DNA of 35,213 bases from Thiotrichaceae bacterium UBA7359. GTDB lineage: Bacteria; Pseudomonadota; Gammaproteobacteria; Eutrophobiales; Eutrophobiaceae. Location: contig CAJJDJ010000048.1 in assembly GCA_905182825.1 (NCBI GenBank), positions 1 to 35,213 of the forward strand, given 5' to 3'. Positions 9,466 to 17,948 of the stretch are shown here, in pieces. The position numbers and the translations under genes are program-made. The notes beneath the pieces are model-generated. The model worked only from the letters and a program-made list of their open reading frames with translations, was not told where the DNA came from and made no database searches. Positions within the stretch are counted from its first letter, which is position 1, and every line of letters starts with the position of its first letter.

Positions 9466-11124
9466 ATGGAGCAAGTACTTCGTTTATTAGCTATTCAAAG
9501 AGTATTGATAAAGTACGGTTTTGATGAATTTATTTTTGCAATGCATTTATTTCGTCCAGTACGTTTCTTGTTTTACGTTTTTCCATGGAACTGGTTTGGA
9601 AAAAAAAAGGGGCCCCGTGCGAAGCGTATGCGTTTGATGTTGGAAGAATTAGGACCCATTTATGTCAAATTGGGACAAATATTATCAACTCGACGTGACC
9701 TAGTACCGGAAGACATAGCGAATGAATTTGCTATGTTACAAGACGCTGTCGCTCCATTTTCTGGAAAGGTGGCATGTCAAATTATTGAAGATGCCTACGA
9801 ATGCAATATCAGAGAAGTATTTTTGGAGTTTGATGAGACACCGTTGGCTTCAGCATCAGTAGCTCAGGTACATCGTGCAACACTTAAAGATGGTCGTGAT
9901 TTTATTGTTAAAGTTATTCGTCCCGGTATTGAAATTCTTATCCGTAAAGATTTAAAGTTGTTGCATCTGCTTGCAGAGAAAGGAGAAAAATATTATCGCA
10001 AAGGAAAATCTCTACGTTTTACTGGCGTGATTGCTGAATTTGAAAAAACATTATTGAATGAACTTGATTTACAAAGAGAAGCGGCTAACGCTTCTCAGTT
10101 ACGTCGAAATTTTGATAAAGAAGACCGCTACTATGTCCCTGAAATAAACTGGGCATTAACACGACGTAATGTGTTGGTGATGGAGCGAGTAACTGGTATC
10201 TCAGTTCGAGATGTTGATAAATTAAAAACAGCAGGAGTAGATCTGAAATGGCTAGCTGAATATGGTGTTGAAATATTTTTTACGCAAGTTTTTCGCGATA
10301 ATTTTTTCCATGCAGATATGCACCCAGGCAATATTTTTATAGGACCTCCTGAAGGCACTATTCCTTCAAAAGTAAAAGTTATTGATTTTGGTATCATGTG
10401 TTCATTAACTGAGTTTGACCAACGCTATTTAGCAGATAATTTCATTGCATTTTTAAATCGCAATTATAATCGTGTTGCAGCATTACACATAGAGTCAGGA
10501 TGGGTTCCTAAAGGGACTCGTTTAGATGAATTAGAATCAGCCATACGCACAGTTTGTGAACCATTACTTGTTCGACCGATGAATGAAATTTCATTTGGTG
10601 AATTATTGCAACGTCTTATTCAAATTGCACGACGATTTAATGTTGAGATTATGCCGCAATTGATTATGTTACAAAAAACTATTATTAATATTGAAGGCAT
10701 AGGCCGACAACTTTATCCAGAGCTCGACCTCTGGAAAACAGCTCGACCGCAATTAGAACGTTTTATGGAGAAACGTATAGGTATGAAAGGACTGCTTAAA
10801 GGTGTGAAACTTAATATTCCAAAGCTGATTGATCGATTCCCAGATATACCAAATCGTGCACTTGATGTGTTAGATCAATTATACGAAGGTAGAATAGAAA
10901 TGGAAAATAAGTCAAAAGAATTAAATCACCTTCGAAAAGAAATGAAAATCTATAGTCGTAGTACAGTATTAGCTGTAGTCGGATCAGGTTTTTTGTTGTC
11001 ATCGGCTATTATCTATGGACTTGATAACACAACTCATGGGGTATTTGCATCAGTGCCGATTGTATCTTGGTTGTTGGGTTATTCCGGAATGATGTTGTTA
11101 TATTTGTCGTGGCAACAGAAGTAG
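9466..11124 (+). CDS. ubiB: ubiquinone biosynthesis regulatory atypical kinase UbiB (ABC1/ADCK family)
   Basis: 552 aa. LGPIYVKLGQILSTRRDL, ASASVAQVHRA, FFHADMHPGNIF, and C-terminal TM helices. Confidence 0.93.
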   Translation: MEQVLRLLAIQRVLIKYGFDEFIFAMHLFRPVRFLFYVFPWNWFGKKKGPRAKRMRLMLEELGPIYVKLGQILSTRRDLVPEDIANEFAMLQDAVAPFSGKVACQIIEDAYECNIREVFLEFDETPLASASVAQVHRATLKDGRDFIVKVIRPGIEILIRKDLKLLHLLAEKGEKYYRKGKSLRFTGVIAEFEKTLLNELDLQREAANASQLRRNFDKEDRYYVPEINWALTRRNVLVMERVTGISVRDVDKLKTAGVDLKWLAEYGVEIFFTQVFRDNFFHADMHPGNIFIGPPEGTIPSKVKVIDFGIMCSLTEFDQRYLADNFIAFLNRNYNRVAALHIESGWVPKGTRLDELESAIRTVCEPLLVRPMNEISFGELLQRLIQIARRFNVEIMPQLIMLQKTIINIEGIGRQLYPELDLWKTARPQLERFMEKRIGMKGLLKGVKLNIPKLIDRFPDIPNRALDVLDQLYEGRIEMENKSKELNHLRKEMKIYSRSTVLAVVGSGFLLSSAIIYGLDNTTHGVFASVPIVSWLLGYSGMMLLYLSWQQK

Positions 11125-11163
11125 ATAACTAAGAAAACCATTTCGACAATAAGAGATATTTTT

Positions 11164-12075
11164 ATGCAACGCAAAGATATTGAATTTAAAACAGAAGATG
11201 ACACCACTTTACGTGGTTGGTTATATCTACCTAATGATGCTGAAGATGCTGTCCCAGCTATTGTTATGGCTCATGGTTATTCTGCTGTTAAAGAGATGTA
11301 TCTTGATAAATATGGTGAGGTCTTTGCAGCAGCAGGCATGGGAGCACTTATTTTTGATAATCGTAATTTTGGTGCAAGCGATGGTGAACCAAGGCAAGAG
11401 ATTGATCCATGGCAACAAATTCGTGATTATCGTGATGCAATCACTTATACAGCATCACTACCAATGATCGATGAAAGTCGCATAGGAGTTTTTGGATCGA
11501 GCTATAGCGGGGGTCATGTTCTGGTTGTCGCTGCAATCGATAAGCGAGTTAAATGCGTTGTTTCTCAAGTACCTATTATTTCTGGAATGGAAAATGCCCG
11601 TCGGCTTATCCGCTCAGATGTTTGGAATGGACTTCGCAGTATGTTTAATGCTGATCGTGTCGCACGGTATGCGGGAAATGAACCAGAAATGATCCCTGTA
11701 GTATCTTCACCGGATGAGGAAGCTCAGGCTCCTGCTGCTCTACCTACACCTGATTCATGGAAATGGTTCAGAGAAACTCATGATAAACTGGCCCCTTCTT
11801 GGAAGAATCAAGTTACTCTTCGCTCTGTTGAAATGTTCATTGAATATGAGCCGGGTATTTATATACCATCAATCAGTCCCACTCCACTTATGATGCTAAT
11901 AGCACGTGATGATATCCTCACTGTTTCTGACTTAGCTTTTGCAGCTTATGAGACAGCGCGTGAGCCAAAACAACTCGTAGTATTGAATGGCGGACATTTT
12001 GATGCTTATATCGATTCATTTGATGAGTCGAGTTCATCTGCGAAAAATTGGTTTAGTCAACACCTTTTAGGATAG
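11164..12075 (+). CDS. alpha/beta-fold hydrolase (dienelactone hydrolase / S15-like), specific function unknown
   Basis: 303 aa. Nucleophile elbow GSSYSGG, a likely Asp in IARDD and a likely His in NGGHFD. N-terminal LRGWLYLP...PAIVMAHGY is typical of this fold. Confidence 0.75.
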   Translation: MQRKDIEFKTEDDTTLRGWLYLPNDAEDAVPAIVMAHGYSAVKEMYLDKYGEVFAAAGMGALIFDNRNFGASDGEPRQEIDPWQQIRDYRDAITYTASLPMIDESRIGVFGSSYSGGHVLVVAAIDKRVKCVVSQVPIISGMENARRLIRSDVWNGLRSMFNADRVARYAGNEPEMIPVVSSPDEEAQAPAALPTPDSWKWFRETHDKLAPSWKNQVTLRSVEMFIEYEPGIYIPSISPTPLMMLIARDDILTVSDLAFAAYETAREPKQLVVLNGGHFDAYIDSFDESSSSAKNWFSQHLLG

Positions 12076-12152
12076 AGTTTGAGCTCAAAATATTCTGTAA
12101 GTGTAGAGAAAAAATATGCTTCACAGAAGTCTAAAATAGATTGTTTATCTAT

Positions 12153-12434
12153 GTGATTAGGAAAATGAGTTTATTCGCAATACTAAAGATTGTTAGTGGA
12201 ACACAACCCAACAAGTGAATAATGGATTCCGATTCAAGTCATGGGCTGGGCGGCTCAAAACTTGTGCATATCTTTTTTTCTATTTGTCTCTATTAAGCAT
12301 TAGATATACTAGGAGTTTCTTGGTGACAAGATTTCCATATGATGGTCGATACCAGTCAAATTTTTTAAAGCATTTATGCTCGTATTCAATGTTAAGGAAC
12401 CAAGACCAAAATATTCACTTTTTTCAATGCTCAT
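12153..12434 (-). pseudogene. possible decayed remnant of a YibQ-like divergent polysaccharide deacetylase gene
   Basis: Minus-strand 41-codon frame 12434-12309: MSIEKSEYFGLGSLTLNTSINALKNLTGIDHHMEILSPRNS*. Its ...L..L.GIDHHME resembles the family motif ...vP.avG(I/V)NNHMGS. Shifted frames downstream give LLGCVPLT..NKLIFLIT and THFPNH, which could be GVP..vFLD and GHP relics. In E. coli yibQ follows envC. Resemblance judged by eye only. Confidence 0.25.
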
Positions 12435-12468
12435 AAACATTTGAGCAAGACATATCTTATACATAAAA

Positions 12469-13782
12469 TTATTCTGTATTTTTCAAATGAATTGCTAAAC
12501 CTTTGAGTACGTTTAATGCCTCATATAGTTGATAGTCTGTTTCAGCTAGAGAAGGAACATTATTTTTTATCTTAGTTTTATCTTTAATTTGATTCTCTTT
12601 ACTTTCTTTCATTCCATTACCGAGATGACCTGATAAATCAGATTCTTTAATTTGAGTTGAAGGATGCTCTGTTATGCTATCAACACGAATGTTTTTTATG
12701 AAAATATCAGGTTCTATACCAGATGCTTGAATAGAACGACCCGATGGAGTGTAATAGAGTGCTGTTGTTAATTTTAATGCGGCTTTATCATTCATTGGTA
12801 AGATGGTTTGTACTGAGCCTTTACCAAAAGTGCGTTCACCCATTATAATTGCACGATGATGATCTTGTAAGGCGCCAGCAACAATCTCAGACGCTGAAGC
12901 CGAACCACCATTTACCAAAACTATCATAGGCGCATTCTTTATCATATCTGTAGGTTTTGCTGAAAATGTAAGTTTTGAATCTTTAATCCGACCTTCGGTA
13001 TAAACAATTAATCCGTCATTAAGAAACAGGTCAGAGACGCCTACGGCTGCATTTAGTATTCCTCCAGGGTTATTCCTTAGATCGAGTATCAAGCCGCTCA
13101 ATCCATCTTCATTGTCTTTTTTCATTTTTTCGAGTGATGTGCGCATATCTTCAGCAGTATGTGTTTGAAAGTTTGATATGCGTATATATCCAAATCCAGG
13201 TTCCAAAATCTTACTACGGACACTCTTAAGAGTGATTACATCGCGTGTTATAGTAATCGTCATGGGTTTGTCTTCACTCTCCCGTAAAACAGTAATGATG
13301 ATATTTGTACCTACTTTCCCACGCATTAATTTAATAGCATCATTTAAGGCCATACCTTTGACTGATCTTTCATTCAGTTTGATAATTAAATCACCCGCTT
13401 TAACACCTGCACGTTTTGCTGGGGTGTCGTCTATGGGTGATATCACTTTCACAAAACCATCTTCCATGCCGACTTCAATACCGAGTCCACCAAATTCACC
13501 AGATGTACCTTCTTGCAGGTCTTCGTAGTGTTCTTTATCAAGATAAGCTGAATGAGGATCTAGACCTTCTAACATGCCTCGTATTGCATTCTCTATTAAT
13601 TTTCGATCACTAATAGTCTCCACATAGTCATTTTTGACTTTAGCAAAGACCTCAGTAAAAATGCGAAGCTCATCTAACGGAAGGGTGTTAGCTTCGCTGT
13701 CTTCTTCAGTGATTGCTATTGCAATAGATGTTAATGATATTGACAGAAATAGTGTGGTAGTGAAATTTTTCAATAATGTCAT
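12469..13782 (-). CDS. ctpA: carboxy-terminal processing protease (S41 family, PDZ domain)
   Basis: 437 aa. Signal peptide, PDZ region (GGLGIEV...PAKRAGVKAGDLI), LDLRNNPGG, catalytic GSASASEI and TFGKGSVQ. Confidence 0.92.
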   Translation of the reverse strand: MTLLKNFTTTLFLSISLTSIAIAITEEDSEANTLPLDELRIFTEVFAKVKNDYVETISDRKLIENAIRGMLEGLDPHSAYLDKEHYEDLQEGTSGEFGGLGIEVGMEDGFVKVISPIDDTPAKRAGVKAGDLIIKLNERSVKGMALNDAIKLMRGKVGTNIIITVLRESEDKPMTITITRDVITLKSVRSKILEPGFGYIRISNFQTHTAEDMRTSLEKMKKDNEDGLSGLILDLRNNPGGILNAAVGVSDLFLNDGLIVYTEGRIKDSKLTFSAKPTDMIKNAPMIVLVNGGSASASEIVAGALQDHHRAIIMGERTFGKGSVQTILPMNDKAALKLTTALYYTPSGRSIQASGIEPDIFIKNIRVDSITEHPSTQIKESDLSGHLGNGMKESKENQIKDKTKIKNNVPSLAETDYQLYEALNVLKGLAIHLKNTE

Positions 13783-13907
13783 TGTTTACTCCATTCAGGC
13801 CGACGTGCATAGACTATCTTGATTGTTTAAAACGTAACAAGTTCATTACGCTAGTTATTGTAAGGCATAACCACGCTCTACTGTATATGACAAACTGATA
13901 ATGTCTA

Positions 13908-15077
13908 TCATTTGCACCAGTGTGAGGGGTTAAGAGGTTCGGCACCCTTTCTGATTTCAAAATAAAGAGCAGTATCTCTTTGTCCTCCGCTGTCTCCTAC
14001 TGTTGCAATTACTTCATCTGCAAGTACCCAGTCACCTATATTCTTTAAGATATTTTGATTATGGCCATATAAGCTCATAAAGCTATCACCATGGTCGATA
14101 ATGATTAATAAACCAAGATGACGAAACCATTCTGCAAAGATAATTTTACCGCTACTGATAGCAGTTACTTCGGTGCCCATTTCTGCATTTATTAAAACAC
14201 CTTGCCATTTGAGCCCACCAATTTTTTTATTAGCGCCGTATTTTTTCAGCAAGGCACCTCTAACTGGCCAAGTTAATTTACCCTTAAGAGTACCGAATCC
14301 CATGGTATCTTCGAATATTTCTGTTTTTACTGCTTTATTTTTTTTCAATCCCTGAAATAAGATTCCGAGTTGATGTTCATTTTCTCGCTGTATTTGAAGT
14401 TCGATTCCTTGTTCTTCTATATATTCTGCCAAACGTATATTTATATCACGTCGAGTTGCACGAAATTTATGAAACTCACTTAGTTTGGTTTTATGTTTTA
14501 ATTTTAACTCTTCAAGTTCCACTGACTCATCTTTAATAGCTGCTTGGATCTTCTTGAGGCTTATTAAGGACTGTTTGAACTGGTCGATGCGCTCAGAGCG
14601 TATTCGATTGTGATAGTCGTAATAGGCAAGCGCACGTCCGACTAATGCGGGGTGTTCCTGATTGAGGATTAGTCTTAAATAGTCATTATGACCGATTTGA
14701 TAAGCAGACCGAATTTGATGAATTAGTTTTTCTTTTTCTTCTTTAAGTGCTGCATCATGCTCTGCTTGCTCAAACAACATTTCCTCGAGCTTAGATTTTT
14801 TTTTTGATATTTTTGTGTTAATAATATGCAGGTTACTTAATGTTTCTGTGGTCTTTACTTCATTATTGCGTAATTCTTGATGTGATTTGTTCGTTTCATC
14901 CTGAGCAGATTGAATTCGTAGTTCTATCTCTTTAATGCGTTTTTGAATATCTTTTAATGCAATGACTTTCTCAGAATAGGATTCATCAGTGGCTATCGTG
15001 GCATTTGACATGAAACATAAAGCTAGAAATATTGAACAGAGGAATGAGATTTTTGTGTCAACGAAAGGAGGAGTCAT
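13908..15077 (-). CDS. envC: murein hydrolase activator EnvC-like (coiled coil plus degenerate M23/LytM domain)
   Basis: Long N-terminal coiled coil and a C-terminal LytM domain (WPVRG...GLLIIIDHGDSFMSLYGHN...GDSGG). The ORF is open to 15119. The Met at 15077 (MTPPFVDTKISFLCSIFLALCF...ATIA) gives a normal signal peptide. Confidence 0.82.
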   Translation of the reverse strand: MTPPFVDTKISFLCSIFLALCFMSNATIATDESYSEKVIALKDIQKRIKEIELRIQSAQDETNKSHQELRNNEVKTTETLSNLHIINTKISKKKSKLEEMLFEQAEHDAALKEEKEKLIHQIRSAYQIGHNDYLRLILNQEHPALVGRALAYYDYHNRIRSERIDQFKQSLISLKKIQAAIKDESVELEELKLKHKTKLSEFHKFRATRRDINIRLAEYIEEQGIELQIQRENEHQLGILFQGLKKNKAVKTEIFEDTMGFGTLKGKLTWPVRGALLKKYGANKKIGGLKWQGVLINAEMGTEVTAISSGKIIFAEWFRHLGLLIIIDHGDSFMSLYGHNQNILKNIGDWVLADEVIATVGDSGGQRDTALYFEIRKGAEPLNPSHWCK

Positions 15078-16674
15078 GCTTGATCCGTTTGCCGATGGTT
15101 TCGGGGATATCCTTTTCATATAACTTTAATAGTGTTTTACCGGTCATCTCTTGTGGTTGTGGGATTCCCATGATATCAAGCATTGTTGGAGAGATATCAG
15201 ATAAAGAACCGACCTCAGGCAGGAATTTGGCTTGTCTACCGATATAAATGAGCGGTACATAGTTGTTAGTATGCGCTGTGTGCGCCTGAGATTTGATCTT
15301 CTCAGTGGTATAAGCTTTTAGTTGCTCTGCATTACCATGGTCGGCGGTAATCATAATTTCACCACCAATTTCCTCTGTACAGTGAATAACTTTAGCGAGA
15401 CATTTATCAATGGTTTCTATTGCAGATATGGTTGCTTTGAAATCACCAGTATGACCAACCATATCTGCATTTGCATAGTTGCAGATTATGACATCATACT
15501 TTTTACTGTTTATTGATTTGACAAGGTGTTCGGTTATTTCGTTAGCACTCATCTCTGGTTGTTTATCATAAGTTTCGACGTGTGGTGAAGGAACCAATAT
15601 ACGATCTTCACCTTCGAAAACACGTTCTTCCCCACCATTAAAGAAAAAAGTAACATGAGCGTATTTTTCTGTCTCAGCAATACGAAGTTGCTTTAATCCG
15701 AGTTTTGCTATGTATTCACCAAAGACATTCGACATGCTGATAGGCGGAAATGCAACAGGAAATTCATAATCGGCTTTATACGAGGTTAGACTGAGGAAAT
15801 AAGAAAGTTTCGGTATTCTTTCTCGTTTGAATGCTTGGAACTCCAGTTTTGTGAATGCGCGCGCTAATTGACGTGCACGGTCTGCTCGGTAATTAGCGAA
15901 GACAATAACATCATCATCATTAACACTCACAGGCAGTTCACCCAGTTTTGTGATGGCTGTTGGTTTGATGAATTCATCTGATTCACCTCTAGCATAGGCC
16001 ATATCAACAGCAATAAAGGGATCGACAGTTTGATATTCTGCCTTGCCTTGGGTGATTAGGTCATAAGCTAGTTTGGTACGATCCCAGCGTTTATTACGGT
16101 CCATTGCATAATGGCGACCAATTATCGATGCGAATAGACCAACACCTAATTCCTTCATTTTTAGCTGAGCATTATGAATAGATTCTTCAGCAGATTTCGG
16201 TGGCGTATCCCGACCATCAAGAAAAGCATGGAGATAAATTTTATTCACTCCACATTTACTAGCTAATTCCATTAATGCAAAAATATGGTCCTCATGGCTA
16301 TGTACTCCTCCGTTTGAAAGTAATCCCAGTAAATGAACTGCTTTATTTTTCTCTGCGGCATTCTTGAATGCAGAATTCAGATTTTTATTTTTATAAAAAC
16401 TACCATCCTCAAGTGCTCGGGTGATACGAGTAAACTCTTGATCTACTATTCGGCCAGAACCAATATTCATGTGTCCTACTTCAGAGTTGCCCATTTGTTT
16501 AGCTGGTAGTCCAACATCAATGCCTGATGCGCTTATCAGAGTATGCGGATGCTCTTCCCAAATACGTTCCCATGTGGGCTTATTCGCAGAATAGATTGCA
16601 TTATAGACCGTATTATCTGTGTGGCCCCAGCCATCTAGAATTATTAGGATTATTGGTTTATGACTTACTTGCAT
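15058..16674 (-). CDS. gpmI: 2,3-bisphosphoglycerate-independent phosphoglycerate mutase
   Basis: MQVSHKPIILIILDGWGH aligns with the E. coli GpmM N-terminus. Also GNSEVGHMNIGSGR and ADHGNAE. The ORF-track start at 16692 is TTG; the ATG at 16674 is preferred. Confidence 0.95.
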   Translation of the reverse strand: MQVSHKPIILIILDGWGHTDNTVYNAIYSANKPTWERIWEEHPHTLISASGIDVGLPAKQMGNSEVGHMNIGSGRIVDQEFTRITRALEDGSFYKNKNLNSAFKNAAEKNKAVHLLGLLSNGGVHSHEDHIFALMELASKCGVNKIYLHAFLDGRDTPPKSAEESIHNAQLKMKELGVGLFASIIGRHYAMDRNKRWDRTKLAYDLITQGKAEYQTVDPFIAVDMAYARGESDEFIKPTAITKLGELPVSVNDDDVIVFANYRADRARQLARAFTKLEFQAFKRERIPKLSYFLSLTSYKADYEFPVAFPPISMSNVFGEYIAKLGLKQLRIAETEKYAHVTFFFNGGEERVFEGEDRILVPSPHVETYDKQPEMSANEITEHLVKSINSKKYDVIICNYANADMVGHTGDFKATISAIETIDKCLAKVIHCTEEIGGEIMITADHGNAEQLKAYTTEKIKSQAHTAHTNNYVPLIYIGRQAKFLPEVGSLSDISPTMLDIMGIPQPQEMTGKTLLKLYEKDIPETIGKRIKHDSSFR

Positions 16675-16958
16675 TGAAGGTCTTAATGGCAATGACTAAA
16701 ATGTATAGATTTTAAATGATGACATATTTTGCAATATGAATATTGTATATCGATTATTTAATTCATATATAATATATAATTAATTAGAAAATAACTCTAA
16801 GATCTTTCTTTTAATTGCCCAGATTTTAGCATGAAATCTGATATGACTTCATATTAATCAATAATACAGATTGAATTAGCTATAAATGTTTTTTCAGTGA
16901 CCGATATGACGTATTATTCAGGCCTCATTTAATACTACTATAGCAAGAGATTACTGCA

Positions 16959-17390
16959 ATGGAACGACTCCTCGAATTTGTGGGCAACCACCCGCTTTAT
17001 TTTTCACTATTGATTTCTATATTGATATTATTAATCTGGAATTTTTTTGGTGACATGCTTAGCGGCGTCAAATCATTATCACCTGAGGAAGTTACAGGGC
17101 TGATTAATCGTGAGAATGCTAAAGTGCTTGATTTGCGAACGCAAAAAGAATTTGAGAAAGGACATATTATTGATGCTATTAATATCAGTATTGATCAAGC
17201 CTCTGAGCATTTTGACGAACTAAAAAAATATAAAAAAAATGGAGTTATTTTTTGTTGCGCTAGCGGGTCTGTTTCTATAAAAAGAGCACGTAAGTTGATG
17301 AATGAAGGATATGAAAAAGTATTTAGTCTGAAAGGCGGCATTCTTTCATGGCAAAATGCAAACTTACCTCTGATTAAAGGGCTTAAATAA
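16959..17390 (+). CDS. membrane-anchored rhodanese-domain protein (YibN-like)
   Basis: 143 aa. N-terminal TM helix, then a rhodanese fold (VLDLRTQKEFEKGHIIDAINI, active-site loop CCASGSVS). Same position as E. coli yibN upstream of secB-gpsA. Confidence 0.85.
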   Translation: MERLLEFVGNHPLYFSLLISILILLIWNFFGDMLSGVKSLSPEEVTGLINRENAKVLDLRTQKEFEKGHIIDAINISIDQASEHFDELKKYKKNGVIFCCASGSVSIKRARKLMNEGYEKVFSLKGGILSWQNANLPLIKGLK

Positions 17391-17435
17391 AGTTAAAGAA
17401 TTCTAATAAATTTTAAAAAAGAACAGGATAAAGTT

Positions 17436-17945
17436 ATGACTGAACAAGATAGCAAGCTAGCACAAAAAGATAACGGACCAGATGACGCACAGTTTTTAGT
17501 ACAAAAGGTCTATGTAAAAGATATTTCATTTGAAACACCTAACACTCCAGAAATATTTAAGATGGAATGGCGACCTGAAGTTGAAATGAATATGATTAAT
17601 AAAGCTATACCTATTGGCGATGATCATTTTGATGTGGTGTTGACGGTTACATTAACAGTTAAGGTGGGTGATAAGACTGCGTATCTGATTGAGATCAATC
17701 AAGCAGGTATATTTATGATTAGAAATCTCCCCGCAGATGTTATTGATCGTATGTTGGCAATTGTTTGTGCCAATATATTATTTCCTTTCGTACGTGAGAC
17801 TGTTTCAGATGTGGTTACGCGTGGTGGTTTTCCACAGTTGTTGCTTGCACCGGTAAACTTTGATGCCTTGTTTGAACAAGAACAAGCCGAAGGGAAGGCG
17901 CAGCTAGAAGCAGCTGCACAAGCTAATGCAGATATAACGCATTAA
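17436..17945 (+). CDS. secB: protein-export chaperone SecB
   Basis: 169 aa. QKVYVKDISFETPN and an acidic C-terminal tail. Confidence 0.93.
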   Translation: MTEQDSKLAQKDNGPDDAQFLVQKVYVKDISFETPNTPEIFKMEWRPEVEMNMINKAIPIGDDHFDVVLTVTLTVKVGDKTAYLIEINQAGIFMIRNLPADVIDRMLAIVCANILFPFVRETVSDVVTRGGFPQLLLAPVNFDALFEQEQAEGKAQLEAAAQANADITH

Positions 17946-17948
17946 TTA

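Noticed and set aside
9600-9616. Homopolymer tracts inside essential genes, considered as phase-variation or slippage sites: A9-G4-C4 in ubiB (9600-9616) and a 10-nt A/T run in envC (14796-14805).
   Set aside because: Both simply encode Lys-rich stretches (FGKKKGPR, ISKKKSK) in intact frames. Poly-A lysine runs are common in AT-rich genomes, and there is no evidence of frame disruption.
12078-12089. Perfect 12-nt palindrome TTTGAGCTCAAA just after the hydrolase stop, considered as a rho-independent terminator.
   Set aside because: The stem would be only 4-5 bp once a loop is allowed, it is AT-rich, and no T-run follows. This is too weak to call.
12215-12436. 73-aa plus-strand ORF in the hydrolase/ctpA spacer.
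   Set aside because: It has a non-ATG start, no SD, and a composition typical of random AT-rich DNA (FFYLSLLSIRY...). The opposite strand gives a more interpretable, pseudogene-like reading.
16820-16910. In the gpmI/rhodanese divergent spacer: a direct repeat GATATGAC (16840-16847 and 16903-16910), plus the hairpins CAGATTT-N7-AAATCTG (16820-16840) and ATATGActTCATAT.
   Set aside because: An 8-mer recurring once in 266 bp has a chance expectation of about 0.5, and 6-7 bp AT-rich stems are common. This is not enough to call an operator or an RNA element.
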